From the NCBI GenBank assembly GCA_041662805.1, contig JBAZRU010000001.1, positions 1 through 35,887 of the forward strand: a stretch of DNA of 35,887 nt. The letters run 5' to 3'. Position 1 is the first letter of the stretch. Each line of letters starts with the position of its first letter. This document shows positions 26,203-35,064 of the stretch, in pieces. Source of the stretch: Candidatus Hydrogenedentales bacterium. GTDB lineage: Bacteria; Hydrogenedentota; Hydrogenedentia; Hydrogenedentales; SLHB01. The position numbers were made by a program, and so were the translations under genes. Under the pieces are notes generated by a model, which saw only the letters and a program-made list of their open reading frames with translations, was not told the DNA's origin and ran no database searches.

Positions 26203-27438
26203 CTACGGCGCTTCGTACGCCTTGTCCCGCATGCCTTCTGTTCGTTGTTCGACGGGCGCGAGCGCCGGCAAGCCGTTCTCCGGCGCGTCGAGGTAGAAGA
26301 GCGCCACCGCCGAATAGTCGTCACGGCGGTAATGGTTCACCCACGCGCCGTCCGGGGAATCGTGCTTCGCCAGGTCCACCGGCTGCGGCTCTTCGAGCAG
26401 TCTTACGAAGCGGCCCTTGTTGTCGTTGCCCAAGGTGACCGGCGCCACCTCGATACCCTTCTTCTGCATATCCATAACGAGCTTCTTCGAAGCCCCGCCC
26501 ATATGCTGAATCGTCACGCGGAGGTCTTTGTGGAAATAGATGGGCTCGGGTACGTGATACCGGTAGAATCCATACTGACCATTCTCGCCGTCGGCGACGA
26601 GGCTGCCTTGGAACCGGCATTGGAACAACCCCTGCCCCCAGCCGGTCCCGATGTAGTCTTCCGTGCCCGTTCCTACGATGGTGGGCCATTCCGTGTCGCC
26701 GTCGACATACATCTTCACTTCGCCCTCGCCCCACCATCCCACGTTCTCGGGATGCGCGATGACGCCGATGTGCGCACCGATGAACCGGCCTTTGCCCTTA
26801 ATCGCCGGCAAGATTTCGAAGTCCTTGTCCAGTGGTGTCGATGATTCACGCCGCCAACTGGCGTGAAAACACAGCGCTTCCGGGTCCGGCTTGGAGGTGA
26901 CAATGCAGTCGATGTCGTAGAAAAGCTGAGCTACGTCACGCTTCGACTCGTTGGTTATCGTAACCTTGGCTCCGTTGTGGAAGGGCATCGGAATGTAGCA
27001 GTTGAACGAACGTCCTTCGGGATTGCAGAAGAACTCGTTTTCCATCTTCGCGGTCCTGCCCAGAATCGCGCAGAAGAAATCGCCGAACGGCACGGATACG
27101 GCCGGCGTCGCCGCGCCGTTCCAGAACATGTCGAGCCGGAGCGCCCGCAGCATGTGCGGGTCGCGCTCGCGGATCGTAAACCACATCCGCCGAATCTCGC
27201 CGCTGCCGGCCAGATCCAGGAGCGTCTTGGTCTGCCCGGCCGGCAACACATCGCATGCCGCGCCTTTGCCCCCTTTGTTCGATTTGCCGCCCTCGCCCTT
27301 CGCGCCGGTGGGATTCTCGAAACTTACCCATCGCGATTCCGCGCCGTCCGGCACCCGATACAAATCGGACGGCGAAGCGCCGTGGGCACCCGCAATCGAC
27401 GCTAGCGATAGAAGTGCAGCTAAGATGAATCGTGCCAT
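26203..27438 (-). CDS. DUF2961 / GH172-family protein (paralog A)
   Basis: The signal peptide is MARFILAALLSLASIAGAHG. The DUF2961 pattern is present: RRMWFT...FWNGAATPAVSVPFGDFF...FNCYIPMPF...CFHASWRRE...WWGEGEVKMYVDGDTEWPTIVGTGTEDYIGTGWG...FYRYHVPEPIYF. Confidence 0.75.
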   Translation of the reverse strand: MARFILAALLSLASIAGAHGASPSDLYRVPDGAESRWVSFENPTGAKGEGGKSNKGGKGAACDVLPAGQTKTLLDLAGSGEIRRMWFTIRERDPHMLRALRLDMFWNGAATPAVSVPFGDFFCAILGRTAKMENEFFCNPEGRSFNCYIPMPFHNGAKVTITNESKRDVAQLFYDIDCIVTSKPDPEALCFHASWRRESSTPLDKDFEILPAIKGKGRFIGAHIGVIAHPENVGWWGEGEVKMYVDGDTEWPTIVGTGTEDYIGTGWGQGLFQCRFQGSLVADGENGQYGFYRYHVPEPIYFHKDLRVTIQHMGGASKKLVMDMQKKGIEVAPVTLGNDNKGRFVRLLEEPQPVDLAKHDSPDGAWVNHYRRDDYSAVALFYLDAPENGLPALAPVEQRTEGMRDKAYEAP

Positions 27439-27457
27439 TGGTTGTCTTCCCTCGGTT

Positions 27458-27985
27458 TTATGGTTGGGGGGCAGGAACCGCTTCGGGGACCGGGGGTTGC
27501 GGAAACGCCAGCGACCACTTCCCTTCCGCGTCCTGCGTCACAGTCGCGACTTCGATCCCGGTAACGTCGGTAAGCTTGATGGACGGCGTACCCTTGGCGT
27601 CCACGCGCACCGCGACGGTCGCCTTGCCCGTGCGGTCGAGCACCGCAATTGATGGCGCATCGTCCGCCCCGACCGCAATCTCCGCCCGCTTGCGTTCGTC
27701 GCGTCCAAGCAGTGCCACACTGGCCGCGCCTGCCGGATTCGCGGAAATGGACACGCGCGGTTTGCCCGACTTGTCCAGCAATTCCAGATACGACTTGCCG
27801 TCCGCGGCGACACCCAACCGCGCGCCCGGCTTGCCCTCGGCGTCGATCGCCTCAAACCGTTGCGAGCGCACCACGTTCTCTTCCGCGGACACCCCGGAAC
27901 TCGTGGCAAGAACGGCCAACATCCCGCCTGCGAACGATGCCCCTATCAGCAATCCAATCAGAAGCCCACTTTGTTTCAAGTCCAT
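27458..27985 (-). CDS. Small N-terminally anchored protein with five tandem 23-aa repeats
   Basis: An AAGGAG RBS is present. The TM segment is GLLIGLLIGASFAGGMLAVLA. Five contiguous 23-residue units follow, then a Pro-rich tail. No family recognised. Confidence 0.65.
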   Translation of the reverse strand: MDLKQSGLLIGLLIGASFAGGMLAVLATSSGVSAEENVVRSQRFEAIDAEGKPGARLGVAADGKSYLELLDKSGKPRVSISANPAGAASVALLGRDERKRAEIAVGADDAPSIAVLDRTGKATVAVRVDAKGTPSIKLTDVTGIEVATVTQDAEGKWSLAFPQPPVPEAVPAPQP

Positions 27986-28016
27986 GACACGCTTCTCCTT
28001 TTCCGCATGATTGCTT

Positions 28017-29006
28017 TCACAGCAGCGGCAATCTGGGTCCTTCCTTGTCGCTGCGTTTCACTTCGCGTACTTCGGGCGTCCACGTCAAGAGCCTGCTTTC
28101 TATACGTGCAACTTGCCATGAAGTCACTTCGCGTGACAGCGCATCGCACTGCGCTTTCGCTTCTTCCGCGCCCAAGGTTTGCGCAAGGCGCCACCACCAA
28201 AAGGCTTTGTCTGGATTCCTCTCCACGGTCCCACCCTCAGCGTAGACGCGCGCAAGACGGACAACGGCGGGCACGTACCCCGCCGCAGCTGCCTTGTGAT
28301 ACCACCGAAGCGCCGCACGCAAATTCCTTGCGGGGCTGTCGCTGGGTTCCATGAGCAGCCCGAGTTCGTGCTGCGCCTTGGGATTTCCCAGGCGCGCCGC
28401 GGGTTCGAGTAGCCGGAGTGCCTCGGGCACATTCATGGCGACACCGTTCCCGTAGGCCAGCATCAACCCTGCCGCAACCTGGGCCTCAAGCAAACCCGCA
28501 TCCGCCGCCTTGCGATACAGGAGAATGGACTCTTCGGGGTTGGCCTCGATCCGATATCCCACGGGAGGTCGCACGCCGTGCTCCCACAAGGCAGCCAGGC
28601 CATAGAGCCCTTCCGGAACGTCGTGCTCCGCGGCGAGGCGAAGAAGTTTCTCCGTTTCCTGGAGGTCTGCCACCACGCCTTGTCCCGTTCCATAGAGATA
28701 AGCCAAAGGGTAATAGGCCTCGACGTATTTGGCGTCCGCCGCCTTGCGCAGCCATTCCAAGGCCCCAACAAAATCCCGGTTTGCGCGAACGCCCTCGAAA
28801 TAGAGCATTCCCATCTCGTATTGCATCCGCGGATTTCCGCGGTCGGCCGCGCGTTTCATCACGTCGAGCTTCATGAGCATTTCGCCTCCGCTTGACCGCT
28901 TCAGGGCGGCATACCGCGCGCCAGCGCCGGCAATCGCCAATGCCAAGACAGCCACAATCGCCATCGCCATGCGCCGCTTGAGCGTCCTCTTGCTCGACTG
29001 CTTCAT
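28017..29006 (-). CDS. Sel1-repeat (SLR) protein, signal-anchored
   Basis: Start chosen at ATG 29006, overlapping the upstream TAA as TAATG. The N-terminus is MKQSSKRTLKRRMAMAIVAVLALAIAGAGA. Multiple Sel1 units are visible (GNPRMQYEMGMLYFEG..., YVEAYYPLAYLYGTGQG..., LLEAQVAAGLMLAYGNG..., GYVPAVVRLARVYAEGG...). Confidence 0.8.
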   Translation of the reverse strand: MKQSSKRTLKRRMAMAIVAVLALAIAGAGARYAALKRSSGGEMLMKLDVMKRAADRGNPRMQYEMGMLYFEGVRANRDFVGALEWLRKAADAKYVEAYYPLAYLYGTGQGVVADLQETEKLLRLAAEHDVPEGLYGLAALWEHGVRPPVGYRIEANPEESILLYRKAADAGLLEAQVAAGLMLAYGNGVAMNVPEALRLLEPAARLGNPKAQHELGLLMEPSDSPARNLRAALRWYHKAAAAGYVPAVVRLARVYAEGGTVERNPDKAFWWWRLAQTLGAEEAKAQCDALSREVTSWQVARIESRLLTWTPEVREVKRSDKEGPRLPLL

Positions 29007-29845
29007 TACGACGGCGCCTTCGGCTCGGGGTGGACTGTGCCGGTTTGGTGCTCGCGTACAAGCCGCTCCGCTTCCGCGCGCTGCTCCTGCGTCATGGACT
29101 GCAAGATGCCTTCCAGTGTCGCGGCTGCGTCTACCGCGCCGGCATCCGACGCCGACGATGCCCACACGTAAGCATGCACCGCATTCTTCTCTACGCCACG
29201 TCCTTCCGCGTACGCTTGAGCGAGTTCAAGGCGCGCCAGCACACTGCCGTTTTCCGAAGCCCGCTGAAACCAGCGCGCCGCCTGTGCGTCGTCTGCGTTA
29301 CCGGCAATACCACTCCTCGACAGAATGCCAAGCGCATACATGGCGTCCGAGTTGCCTTGACGCGCCGCCTCCTCATACCACTTCGCGGCGGCGGCATAAT
29401 CGTTTGGAGCCCCAAACCCATCCGAATACATCCTCGCCAAGCGGGCCTGAGCCGGAGCCAAACCTTGGGCAGCCGCCTTCCGGTACCATAGTGCCGCTTC
29501 TTCTGCGTCTTGCTGAATGCCGAAACCGTCAGGCGCGAGGGCGCCCTGTTCATACAAGCGCGCCAGCGCGTACTGGGCTCCGGTGTGTTCCTGCGCCGCG
29601 GCTTCTCTCAGCCAACGTTCTGCACGCACGTAATTACGGGTTACCCCGCTTCCTTCGAGGTATCGCATGCCAAGGTCGTATTGAGCGCCTGCATATCCCC
29701 ACGCCGCCTTTCGCTCGACCGCTCCTGCGCCGGAATGGTCGCAGGCGGAGACAAGCAGCAATGCGGCGCACAGAGAGGCGAATTGGAGCGATATCACGAG
29801 AGTTACTCGCGTTTCATGAGCGCTTTGGGCAGCATGCTTTGGCAT
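29006..29845 (-). CDS. Sel1-repeat (SLR) lipoprotein
   Basis: Start chosen at ATG 29845. The sequence ...LCAALLLVSA|C gives the lipobox. Sel1 units include GAQYDLGMRYLEGSGV, GAQYALARLYEQG, APAQARLARMYSDGFG, SDAMYALGILSRSG and VLARLELAQAYAEGRG. The listed 342-aa ORF is over-extended. Confidence 0.8.
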   Translation of the reverse strand: MPKHAAQSAHETRVTLVISLQFASLCAALLLVSACDHSGAGAVERKAAWGYAGAQYDLGMRYLEGSGVTRNYVRAERWLREAAAQEHTGAQYALARLYEQGALAPDGFGIQQDAEEAALWYRKAAAQGLAPAQARLARMYSDGFGAPNDYAAAAKWYEEAARQGNSDAMYALGILSRSGIAGNADDAQAARWFQRASENGSVLARLELAQAYAEGRGVEKNAVHAYVWASSASDAGAVDAAATLEGILQSMTQEQRAEAERLVREHQTGTVHPEPKAPS

Positions 29846-29880
29846 GACGCGTAGTGTATCAAAGACTACACGCACGGTTC

Positions 29881-31029
29881 TCAGGGGATGCTCTGGTGAT
29901 CGCGGTCGCGGATGCGGTACCAGCACAGAAGCGCGTCGCGCGCGGGGAGCGCCGGGCCTTGTCCCTCGGGCGAATTCACGTACGCATAGGCCACCGACGA
30001 ATACGCAAACGGCTTCAATCGATCCGGGTCCCATGGATTCACGAACTGCATCTTGAAGCGCGACGTAAAATGAATCGCGTCCTGTGCGTGAAACCGGTAC
30101 ATCGCAACGCTGGCGTTCAACGTGTCTTTCACGGGCAATCCGTGCCGCGGACCCGCGAACACCCCTTCGCGAAAATACCAGCCGCCCATGAAGTAGTCTT
30201 CAAGGCCCGTGCCCGCAAAACGCGGCTTCTCCCAATCGTTGTCGACGAAGATGTACTCCGGCGCTTCGAGGAAGGACAGATAGTTGCGGTCTTGCCCCTG
30301 CATGGAGAGGGCAATGCCAACGTATTGACCCTTCCCCTGAAACTGGGCGACATCGATTGGAGTGGGCCCGTCATTGCGGCCCGTGTGAAACTGGGCGTGG
30401 AAGTAACCCGCATCGCCGGGAACCTCGTCGGTGAGCTGATAGAGGACGTTCATGAAGACGTCCGTATCGATCTTCTCATCCATGTTCTCGATCTCGATGC
30501 GGAATCCCTTGCGGAACGGCATGGGGAACTTGCAGAAGAACCCCCCGCTCGAAGTGCCCACGTAATCCGACGCAAAATTGGCGACTTCGCACAGGCCCAC
30601 GCCGAAGAAATCGCCCGCGGGCGCCTCCACGGCGGGTTTTGCAGCGCCGTCCCAATAGATGCGCACGATCAGGGTCTTCAAGATCGTCGAGCTGATTGGC
30701 GCATCCGTATTCCAGTGTTGCCAAAACCAACCAGGGAAGGTCATCCACAGGTTGGCGATGTAGCCCTTGCCTTGGACGTCGCCGATGGTGATGGCTTCGC
30801 CTCTGGGAATCCGGACCGTCTTGGAGCGGCGCTCCAGGTTGAACGTCGTCAATTGCTGCGTCTGCGCGTTGCGGTTTCGGGCTATCTCAAGCGACGAAGA
30901 AACGGAAGCGTTGTCGCCCATGGCAGGCACCCTCGTGTTGGGACGAAATTTCGCCGGCGCGCCCGCCGCATATGCGGCCGTGGCCCCGAGCACCAAAATG
31001 GATAGAGCGGACACGAATCTCACGTTCAT
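29881..31029 (-). CDS. DUF2961 / GH172-family protein (paralog B)
   Basis: Start chosen at ATG 31029 (GGGAGG RBS, signal peptide MNVRFVSALSILVLGATAAYA). The pattern is IYWDGAAKPAVEAPAGDFF...FFCKFPMPF...YFHAQFH...FAGTGLEDYFMGGW...MYRFHAQDAIHF. Confidence 0.75.
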   Translation of the reverse strand: MNVRFVSALSILVLGATAAYAAGAPAKFRPNTRVPAMGDNASVSSSLEIARNRNAQTQQLTTFNLERRSKTVRIPRGEAITIGDVQGKGYIANLWMTFPGWFWQHWNTDAPISSTILKTLIVRIYWDGAAKPAVEAPAGDFFGVGLCEVANFASDYVGTSSGGFFCKFPMPFRKGFRIEIENMDEKIDTDVFMNVLYQLTDEVPGDAGYFHAQFHTGRNDGPTPIDVAQFQGKGQYVGIALSMQGQDRNYLSFLEAPEYIFVDNDWEKPRFAGTGLEDYFMGGWYFREGVFAGPRHGLPVKDTLNASVAMYRFHAQDAIHFTSRFKMQFVNPWDPDRLKPFAYSSVAYAYVNSPEGQGPALPARDALLCWYRIRDRDHQSIP

Positions 31030-31185
31030 CGAAGGAGCCTCCCTCAGTGCGGCGTTCATCGTCCAAGCATGGTGGCTGAATCGCCGCTGGATTTCCAGAG
31101 TCCGCATTACTGGCCGCCGTCCTCCGGCATTGTCTATACTTGGCGCGCAACCGGGCAACGCAACCCTCAAAAGGAAGCACTACGC

Positions 31186-32988
31186 ATGGCCAAGACAAGC
31201 AAGGCGCCGCTCCGCGAAGAAGTAAAACCTGAGGATACCTGGGACCTTTCGCCCCTGTTCAAGAACGATGCAGCCTGGCATAAGGCGTACGCGGAATTCG
31301 AACAGCGCATCGAAGGGTTTGGCGCGTTTCGCGGCCAACTCGGGAAGTCGGCGAAGATGCTTCGCGGGTGCTACGACTTCGATGTCGATCTGGACAAGCT
31401 GGCGGAGCGCCTTTCGCAATATGCGTTTTTGAAGGCCTCGGAGGACGTGGCAAACAGCACGTACCAGGGCATGGTGCAGCAGTATGTGTTCATGGCCACG
31501 CGCGCGGGGGAGGCGGCGAGTTTCATCGCGCCGGAGATTCAGGCCATCCCCGAGAAGAAGATCAATGCCTATCTCAAAGATCCCGTGCTCAAGGATTTCC
31601 GCTTCAGCTTGGAGAAGCTGCTGCGATACCGTAAGCATATCCTCTCCGAGAAAGAAGAGCGCTTGCTGGCGATGCAAGGCGAAGTGGCGGGCACGGCGGG
31701 TAAAGTCTTCGGCCAGTTGAACGATGCCGATCTGAAGTTCGGAGAGGTGAAAGACGACCGCGGCCACAAGGTAGAATTAACGCAAGGCTCGTTTCGCAGC
31801 TTGCTGGAGTCGCCCAAGCGCGCGGTTCGCAAGCAGGCCTTTCACCAGTTCTACAAGGAATATGCCGACCACTCGAACACGCTCGCGGCGGCGCTCGGTT
31901 CATCGGTGCTTCAGGACATCTATCACGCGCGTGTGCGCAATCATCCTTCCGCGCTCGAAGCGTCCCTCTTCGGCGACAACGTACCCGTCGCGGTATACGA
32001 CAGCCTAATCGAGGCCGTTCACAGCCATCTCGACACCATGTATCGCTACTTCGAGGTGCGAAAGAAGGCATTGAAACTGGGCCAGATACACGCCTACGAC
32101 ATCTTCGTCCCAATTGTCCCCACGAAGCGCGTGAACATTCCCTACGACAAGGCGGTCTCGACGATACTCGATTCGCTGGAACCGCTGGGGGCGGAGTACG
32201 GCAAGGCGCTTGAGAAAGGGCTCAACGGGCGTTGGGTGGATCGCTACGAGAACAAGGGAAAACGAAGCGGGGCGTTTTCGTCGGGGGCGTACATCGGCCC
32301 CCCTTACATTCTCATGAACTACCGCGACGATGTCATGGACAGCATGTTCACGCTGGCGCACGAGGCCGGGCATTCGATGCACACGTATTTCAGCGCGCGC
32401 AATCAGCCGTATCAGTATTACAACTACACGATCTTCGTCGCGGAAGTCGCCTCGACCTTCAATGAACAATTGCTCGGCAAACACCTGTTCGAGCGCGCGA
32501 AAGACAAGCGCACCCGCGCCTTTCTCATCAACAAGGAAATCGACGAAATCCGGGGCACCATCATCCGCCAGACGATGTTCGCGGAATACGAGAAGATTAT
32601 CCATGCCATCGCGGAGAGCGGCGAACCTTTGACGCTCGAACGGTTAAGGGCCGAATATCGCGCGCTACTCGACCTGTACTTCGGACCAAAGTTCGCGCTC
32701 GACGAAGAACTGTCGCTGGAAGGGCTGCGCATCCCGCACTTCTACAGCGCCTTCTACGTGTACAAGTACGCGACGGGATTGTCCGCCGCGATTGCCTTGT
32801 CGCAACGCGTGCTCAACGGGGGCAAGGCCGAACGGGACGCGTACCTGCGTTTTTTGTCCAGCGGCGGCTCGAAGTTCCCGCTCGACCTCTTGCGCGATGC
32901 GGGCGTCGACATGGAGCGGCCAGAGCCCGTGGCAACGGCCATGGCGCGATTCAAGTCCCTAGTCGATGAATTGGAGGCGTTGATCTAG
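31186..32988 (+). CDS. pepF: Oligoendopeptidase F (M3B metallopeptidase)
   Basis: Start chosen at ATG 31186 (AGGAAG RBS, MAKTSKAPLREEVKPEDTWDLSPLF, a typical PepF N-terminus). The zinc motif is HEAGHSMH, and the length and downstream pattern are M3B-like. Confidence 0.9.
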   Translation: MAKTSKAPLREEVKPEDTWDLSPLFKNDAAWHKAYAEFEQRIEGFGAFRGQLGKSAKMLRGCYDFDVDLDKLAERLSQYAFLKASEDVANSTYQGMVQQYVFMATRAGEAASFIAPEIQAIPEKKINAYLKDPVLKDFRFSLEKLLRYRKHILSEKEERLLAMQGEVAGTAGKVFGQLNDADLKFGEVKDDRGHKVELTQGSFRSLLESPKRAVRKQAFHQFYKEYADHSNTLAAALGSSVLQDIYHARVRNHPSALEASLFGDNVPVAVYDSLIEAVHSHLDTMYRYFEVRKKALKLGQIHAYDIFVPIVPTKRVNIPYDKAVSTILDSLEPLGAEYGKALEKGLNGRWVDRYENKGKRSGAFSSGAYIGPPYILMNYRDDVMDSMFTLAHEAGHSMHTYFSARNQPYQYYNYTIFVAEVASTFNEQLLGKHLFERAKDKRTRAFLINKEIDEIRGTIIRQTMFAEYEKIIHAIAESGEPLTLERLRAEYRALLDLYFGPKFALDEELSLEGLRIPHFYSAFYVYKYATGLSAAIALSQRVLNGGKAERDAYLRFLSSGGSKFPLDLLRDAGVDMERPEPVATAMARFKSLVDELEALI

Positions 32989-33028
32989 CTACTTGGTCGC
33001 CTCCGTGCTTGTTGTGCATGTATTTGTG

Positions 33029-33059
33029 ACGCCCGGTCTACGTGCCGGGCGTTTCTATT
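33029..33059 (+). terminator. Rho-independent terminator after pepF
   Basis: The stem acgcccgg (33029-33036) pairs with ccgggcgt (33045-33052) across an 8-nt loop, followed by ttctatt. It lies about 40 nt after the pepF stop. Confidence 0.6.
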
Positions 33060-33184
33060 GTGCCCAATGCGGCGGGCTGGAAAACCCGCCCTCCGCGACC
33101 TTCTCCAATACATGCTCGCCGCCTACATCTTCCGGGCGATGTGTGCTACTCTGTCCCCGGAAGTAACCAGGGGAGAATCTACGA

Positions 33185-34006
33185 ATGACCACGTGTGCGC
33201 GAATTGCAGCCGGTTTCACTGTTGCTGTCTTTATGATGGCCGTCTCACTGTGCGGGATTTCGAGCCTCGCGCAGGAACAACCCGCCCCGGGAACAGTGCA
33301 CCTGTTCAGCGGGAAAGACCTGTCGGGGTTTTACACCTTCCTTAAAGATCGTGGACGCGACGTCGACCCGAACAAAGTATTTACCGTAAGCGACGGAATG
33401 TTGCGCATCTCGGGCGAAGAGCTTGGGTGCGTCACGTCGACTCAGGAGTTCGAGAATTACCGGCTTGTCGCCGAATTTAAGTGGGGTGAGAAGACTTGGG
33501 CCGGGCGCGTAGACAAGGCGCGCGACAGCGGCATCCTGCTGCATTCGGTCGGTGCGGACGGCGCGTACGGCGGGATTTGGATGCACTCCATTGAATGTCA
33601 GCTCATTGAAGGCGGCACCGGCGATTTCATCGTCGTGGGTGATGGCACGCCCACGTTCGCCATTACGAGTCCCGCCGCGCCGGAGAAGGACGCGGATTGC
33701 TACGTCTATCAGCCCGGCGGAAAACCGGCCACGATCAATGGCGGACGCATCAATTGGTTCGGACGCGATCCCGGCTGGAAAGATGCAAAGGGATTCCGCG
33801 GGCCAAAGGATGCCGAGAAGCCCGTGGGCGAATGGAACACGTACGAGTGTATCGCCAAGGGCAACACGATCAAGTTGATTCTCAATGGCGTTACCGTGAA
33901 CGAATGCTTTGACGTCAAGCCCAGCAAGGGCCGCATTCAAATCCAGTCCGAAGGCGCGGAGATCTTCTTCCGCCGCTTCGACGTAGAGCCGTTGACCAAA
34001 CCCTAG
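33185..34006 (+). CDS. DUF1080 (3-keto-disaccharide hydrolase-like, concanavalin-like fold) secreted protein
   Basis: A signal peptide is present. The DUF1080 pattern reads LFSGKDLSGF...FTVSDGMLRISGEE...FENYRLVAEFKWGE...IECQLIEGGTGDF...NTYECIAKGNTIKLILNGVTVNE...GRIQIQSEGAEIFFRRFDVEPL. Confidence 0.8.
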   Translation: MTTCARIAAGFTVAVFMMAVSLCGISSLAQEQPAPGTVHLFSGKDLSGFYTFLKDRGRDVDPNKVFTVSDGMLRISGEELGCVTSTQEFENYRLVAEFKWGEKTWAGRVDKARDSGILLHSVGADGAYGGIWMHSIECQLIEGGTGDFIVVGDGTPTFAITSPAAPEKDADCYVYQPGGKPATINGGRINWFGRDPGWKDAKGFRGPKDAEKPVGEWNTYECIAKGNTIKLILNGVTVNECFDVKPSKGRIQIQSEGAEIFFRRFDVEPLTKP

Positions 34007-34049
34007 CCGGGACAATGCCGGCCTGTTCGGTTCAAACCTGGAAACCGGA

Positions 34050-35036
34050 GTGCTCATCATGATGACACGCGGCATTCTTGTCGCGGGTATCGCGGTGGTC
34101 TGCGCCTATGCGGCCGCGCCGGACTCACCCCTGCTGCTCGTGTGCAACAAACACGACGATACAATGACGTTTGTCGATCCGGAGAAGCTGGAGCCTATTC
34201 AGACAATCCCCACGGGTCCCAATCCCCACGAGATCGTGTTGACGCCGGATCGGCGGTTCGCGTATCTCTCCAACTACGAACCGCCCGGCAACACCATCAG
34301 CGTGATCGACCTTGTCCGGCGCAAGCACATCCAGCAGATTTCGACGGGGGACTATGGCCGGATTCACGGCGCGGCGATGGCGCCGGACGGCAAACATGCC
34401 TATTTCACCGCGGGCCAGAGCGGTTACGTGATCGAAGTGGATACGGCTACGAACACCGTGACTCGCCAAATCCCGACGCACGGGAAGATCTCGCACATGG
34501 TTTTGGTGTCGTCCGATGGCGCGTTGCTGTACACGGCCAACATCGACACGCAGAACGTGTCCATCATCGACCGGGCATCCGGCGAGCTGCTGGCGCAAGT
34601 CCCCTGCGGCAAAGGCGCGGAAGGCATGTGCTTTACGCCGGACGGCAGGGAGTTGTGGGTGGGCAATCAAGACGCAGGCACAATCACGGTGATTGACGTA
34701 GCTTCCCGCACCGCCCGCGAGACCTTCCCTTGTCCGGGAATGCCGGTCCGCATCCGCTTCACGCTGGATGGCAAAAAGGCGCTCGTGGCAAGCTGGACCA
34801 CAAACGGGGAGCTTGTCGTTCTCGATTCGAAGTCGCACGCGGAAATCAAGCGCGTGCCCGTTGGCGCCCAAGCCATCGGACTCGAGCTGACGCCCGATGG
34901 GAAGCGGGTATTTGTAGGGTGCGAACATCGCGACGGTATTCACGTCGTCGATCTTGCCACTCTTGAGGTCGTCGCGAAGATCGCGACGGGCGACGGTTCC
35001 GATGCCATGGCATGGTGGGAGCTGCCGGCGAACTGA
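34050..35036 (+). CDS. YVTN-type beta-propeller repeat protein, secreted
   Basis: Repeated units of the type NPHEIVLTPDRRFAYLSNY..NTISVID, HGAAMAPDGKHAYFTA, SHMVLVSSDGALLYTAN..QNVSIID, EGMCFTPDGRELWVGN...ITVID and IGLELTPDGKRVFVG. The start may be ATG 34059 rather than the listed GTG at 34050. Confidence 0.7.
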   Translation: MLIMMTRGILVAGIAVVCAYAAAPDSPLLLVCNKHDDTMTFVDPEKLEPIQTIPTGPNPHEIVLTPDRRFAYLSNYEPPGNTISVIDLVRRKHIQQISTGDYGRIHGAAMAPDGKHAYFTAGQSGYVIEVDTATNTVTRQIPTHGKISHMVLVSSDGALLYTANIDTQNVSIIDRASGELLAQVPCGKGAEGMCFTPDGRELWVGNQDAGTITVIDVASRTARETFPCPGMPVRIRFTLDGKKALVASWTTNGELVVLDSKSHAEIKRVPVGAQAIGLELTPDGKRVFVGCEHRDGIHVVDLATLEVVAKIATGDGSDAMAWWELPAN

Positions 35037-35064
35037 CGGTCCATATTCAAAGGGGAAACGTGCG

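Noticed and set aside
26203-31029. The two DUF2961 genes as a recent tandem duplication or recombination hotspot
   Set aside because: The protein sequences are only distantly similar (shared motifs, little else) and I saw no nucleotide-level repeat. These are ancient paralogs.
31030-31185. Divergent promoter region between GH172-like B and pepF. TATACT at 31135-31140 was considered as a pepF -10 element
   Set aside because: There is no convincing -35 at 16-18 nt, and the TG is mis-spaced for an extended -10. The support is too weak to list as a feature.
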